Positions 30,883-32,000 of a DNA stretch of 32,000 bases are shown piece after piece; within the stretch, counting starts at the first letter, position 1; every line of letters starts with the position of its first letter. The notes under the pieces were generated by a model. It was not told where the DNA came from and searched no databases. It saw nothing but the letters and a program-made list of their open reading frames with translations. The position numbers were made by a program, and so were the translations under genes. Source of the DNA: Kiritimatiella glycovorans (GTDB lineage: Bacteria; Verrucomicrobiota; Kiritimatiellia; Kiritimatiellales; Kiritimatiellaceae). Location of the stretch: positions 1,260,001 to 1,292,000 of the forward strand of contig NZ_CP010904.1 of NCBI RefSeq assembly GCF_001017655.1. The letters are read 5' to 3'.

Positions 30883-32000
30883 GTTATCAGCCCCCCGAAA
30901 AACTGCAGCAGGAAGCGGAACGACTGCTCAAGGAAGTCAATCCGCGCGCGAGCGAACTGAAGCCCAAAGAGCGGATGGCGATCCCTCCGCAGACGATACC
31001 GGAACAGGACCCGGCCGTCCGGCGGCACAATATGAACGAAGTCGCGCTCGGCTACACCGAGGAACAGGCCCGCCTGGAAGCCATGCGCTGCCTCAAGTGT
31101 AAAAACGCCCCCTGTATCGAAGGCTGCCCCGTGCGGATCGACATCCCCGGCTTCGTGAGTGCGATCGCGGAAGGCGACGACGACCGCGCGGCGCAGATCC
31201 TGAAACGCAACAGTCTGCTGCCCGCCGTCTGCGGGCGGGTCTGCCCGCAGGAGACGCAGTGCCAGGAGCACTGCACCGTCGGCAAGGCGCTCAAGGACCG
31301 CGACCAGGCCGTGGCGATCGGCAAGCTGGAACGGTTTGCCGCCGATCGCGAGCGCGAACACAACGGCGGGGCCATCCCGGGCATCCAGCCCGACACCGGG
31401 AAGAAAGTGGCCATCATCGGCACGGGCCCCGCTTCGATTACCGTCGCCGCCGACGTCCGCCGCGAGGGGCACGCGGTGACCATGCTCGAGGCGTTCCACA
31501 AACCCGGCGGCGTGATGATCTACGGCATCCCCGAATTCCGCCTGCCCAACGATATCGTCGAGGCGGAAATCGAAGGGCTGCGCAGGATGGGCGTCGAAAT
31601 CAAGACGAACTTCGTCGTCGGCCGCACCCGCAAACTGAAGGACCTCATCGAAAAGGACGGCTACGACGCGGTCTTCGTCGGCACGGGAGCCGGACTCCCC
31701 CGCTTCATGAACATCGAGGGCGAAAACCTCGTCGGCGTCTACTCGGCCAACGAATACCTCACCCGCTCGAACCTCATGCGCGCCTACGAGCGCGACCGGG
31801 CCGACACCCCGATCCTCGAATCGAAACAAGTCGCCGTGCTCGGCGGCGGCAACGTGGCGATGGACGCCGCGCGCAGTGCGTTCCGGCTGGGCGCGGAGGA
31901 AGTGCACCTCATCTACCGGCGCACGGAGAAGGAAATGCCCGCCCGGGTAGAGGAAGTCGCCCACGCGAAGGAAGAAGGCGTGGAGTTTCACGTGCTCCAG
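30879..32000 (+). CDS. nfnB: NfnB/GltD-like NADPH-dependent oxidoreductase subunit (5' partial; runs off the window end)
   Basis: Not in the ORF track because there is no stop in the window; translated by hand from ATG 30879. Motifs: MSYQPPEKL..., CLKCKNAPCIEGCPVRIDIPGFV, LPAVCGRVCPQETQCQEHC, KKVAIIGTGPASITVAADV, YGIPEFRLP, VFVGTGAGLPR, VAVLGGGNVAMDAAR. Confidence 0.88.
   Translation, partial: MSYQPPEKLQQEAERLLKEVNPRASELKPKERMAIPPQTIPEQDPAVRRHNMNEVALGYTEEQARLEAMRCLKCKNAPCIEGCPVRIDIPGFVSAIAEGDDDRAAQILKRNSLLPAVCGRVCPQETQCQEHCTVGKALKDRDQAVAIGKLERFAADREREHNGGAIPGIQPDTGKKVAIIGTGPASITVAADVRREGHAVTMLEAFHKPGGVMIYGIPEFRLPNDIVEAEIEGLRRMGVEIKTNFVVGRTRKLKDLIEKDGYDAVFVGTGAGLPRFMNIEGENLVGVYSANEYLTRSNLMRAYERDRADTPILESKQVAVLGGGNVAMDAARSAFRLGAEEVHLIYRRTEKEMPARVEEVAHAKEEGVEFHVLQ

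Noticed and set aside
30007-31991. 284-aa and 399-aa minus-strand ORFs
   Set aside because: Antisense to the nfnA-like and nfnB-like genes, which have diagnostic Fe-S and nucleotide-binding motifs.

Overview
GC-rich bacterial chromosomal window (composition judged by eye, not computed). The gene content includes PEP-CTERM proteins, a large sulfatase, a membrane pyrophosphatase, an NfnAB-like pair and a TM1266-like regulator. From this I infer an anaerobic member of the Planctomycetes-Verrucomicrobia-Chlamydiae (PVC) group, such as Kiritimatiellota, Verrucomicrobiota or Lentisphaerota; the sequence does not prove it. Housekeeping genes I can support: gpr/yghZ-like aldo-keto reductase, hppA, purM, a TrmH-family methyltransferase, ychF, a Fur-family regulator, MscS, an NCS1 permease, msrB, truA, nfnA/nfnB-like genes and tRNA-Pro(CGG). 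The more unusual content is non-coding or mobile. (1) A 144-bp MITE-like element occurs four times at 139-143/144 identity. Three copies have 9-bp target-site duplications, and one sits inside an IS256-family transposase gene and disrupts it. (2) A mosaic intergenic repeat family is built around a long palindrome of GTACTC/GAGTAC hexamers with a CTTCGG-capped apical hairpin, present at three loci. (3) A complete group II intron (RT/maturase ORF, domain V, domain VI with a bulged A) is nested in one copy of that repeat family. (4) One gene fuses a TIGR01212-type radical SAM domain to an MnmC-type methyltransferase domain. (5) An accessory segment of about 8 kb lies between purM and trmH. It holds the mobile elements, a Ser-type sulfatase, and an AT-rich sub-island with a PEP-CTERM protein and an XylR/AraC-type regulator, split by an IS4-family remnant. 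No CRISPR array, rRNA or recognisable defence system was seen. Most long ORFs in the track that run antisense to, or out of frame with, the called genes are GC-driven artefacts.
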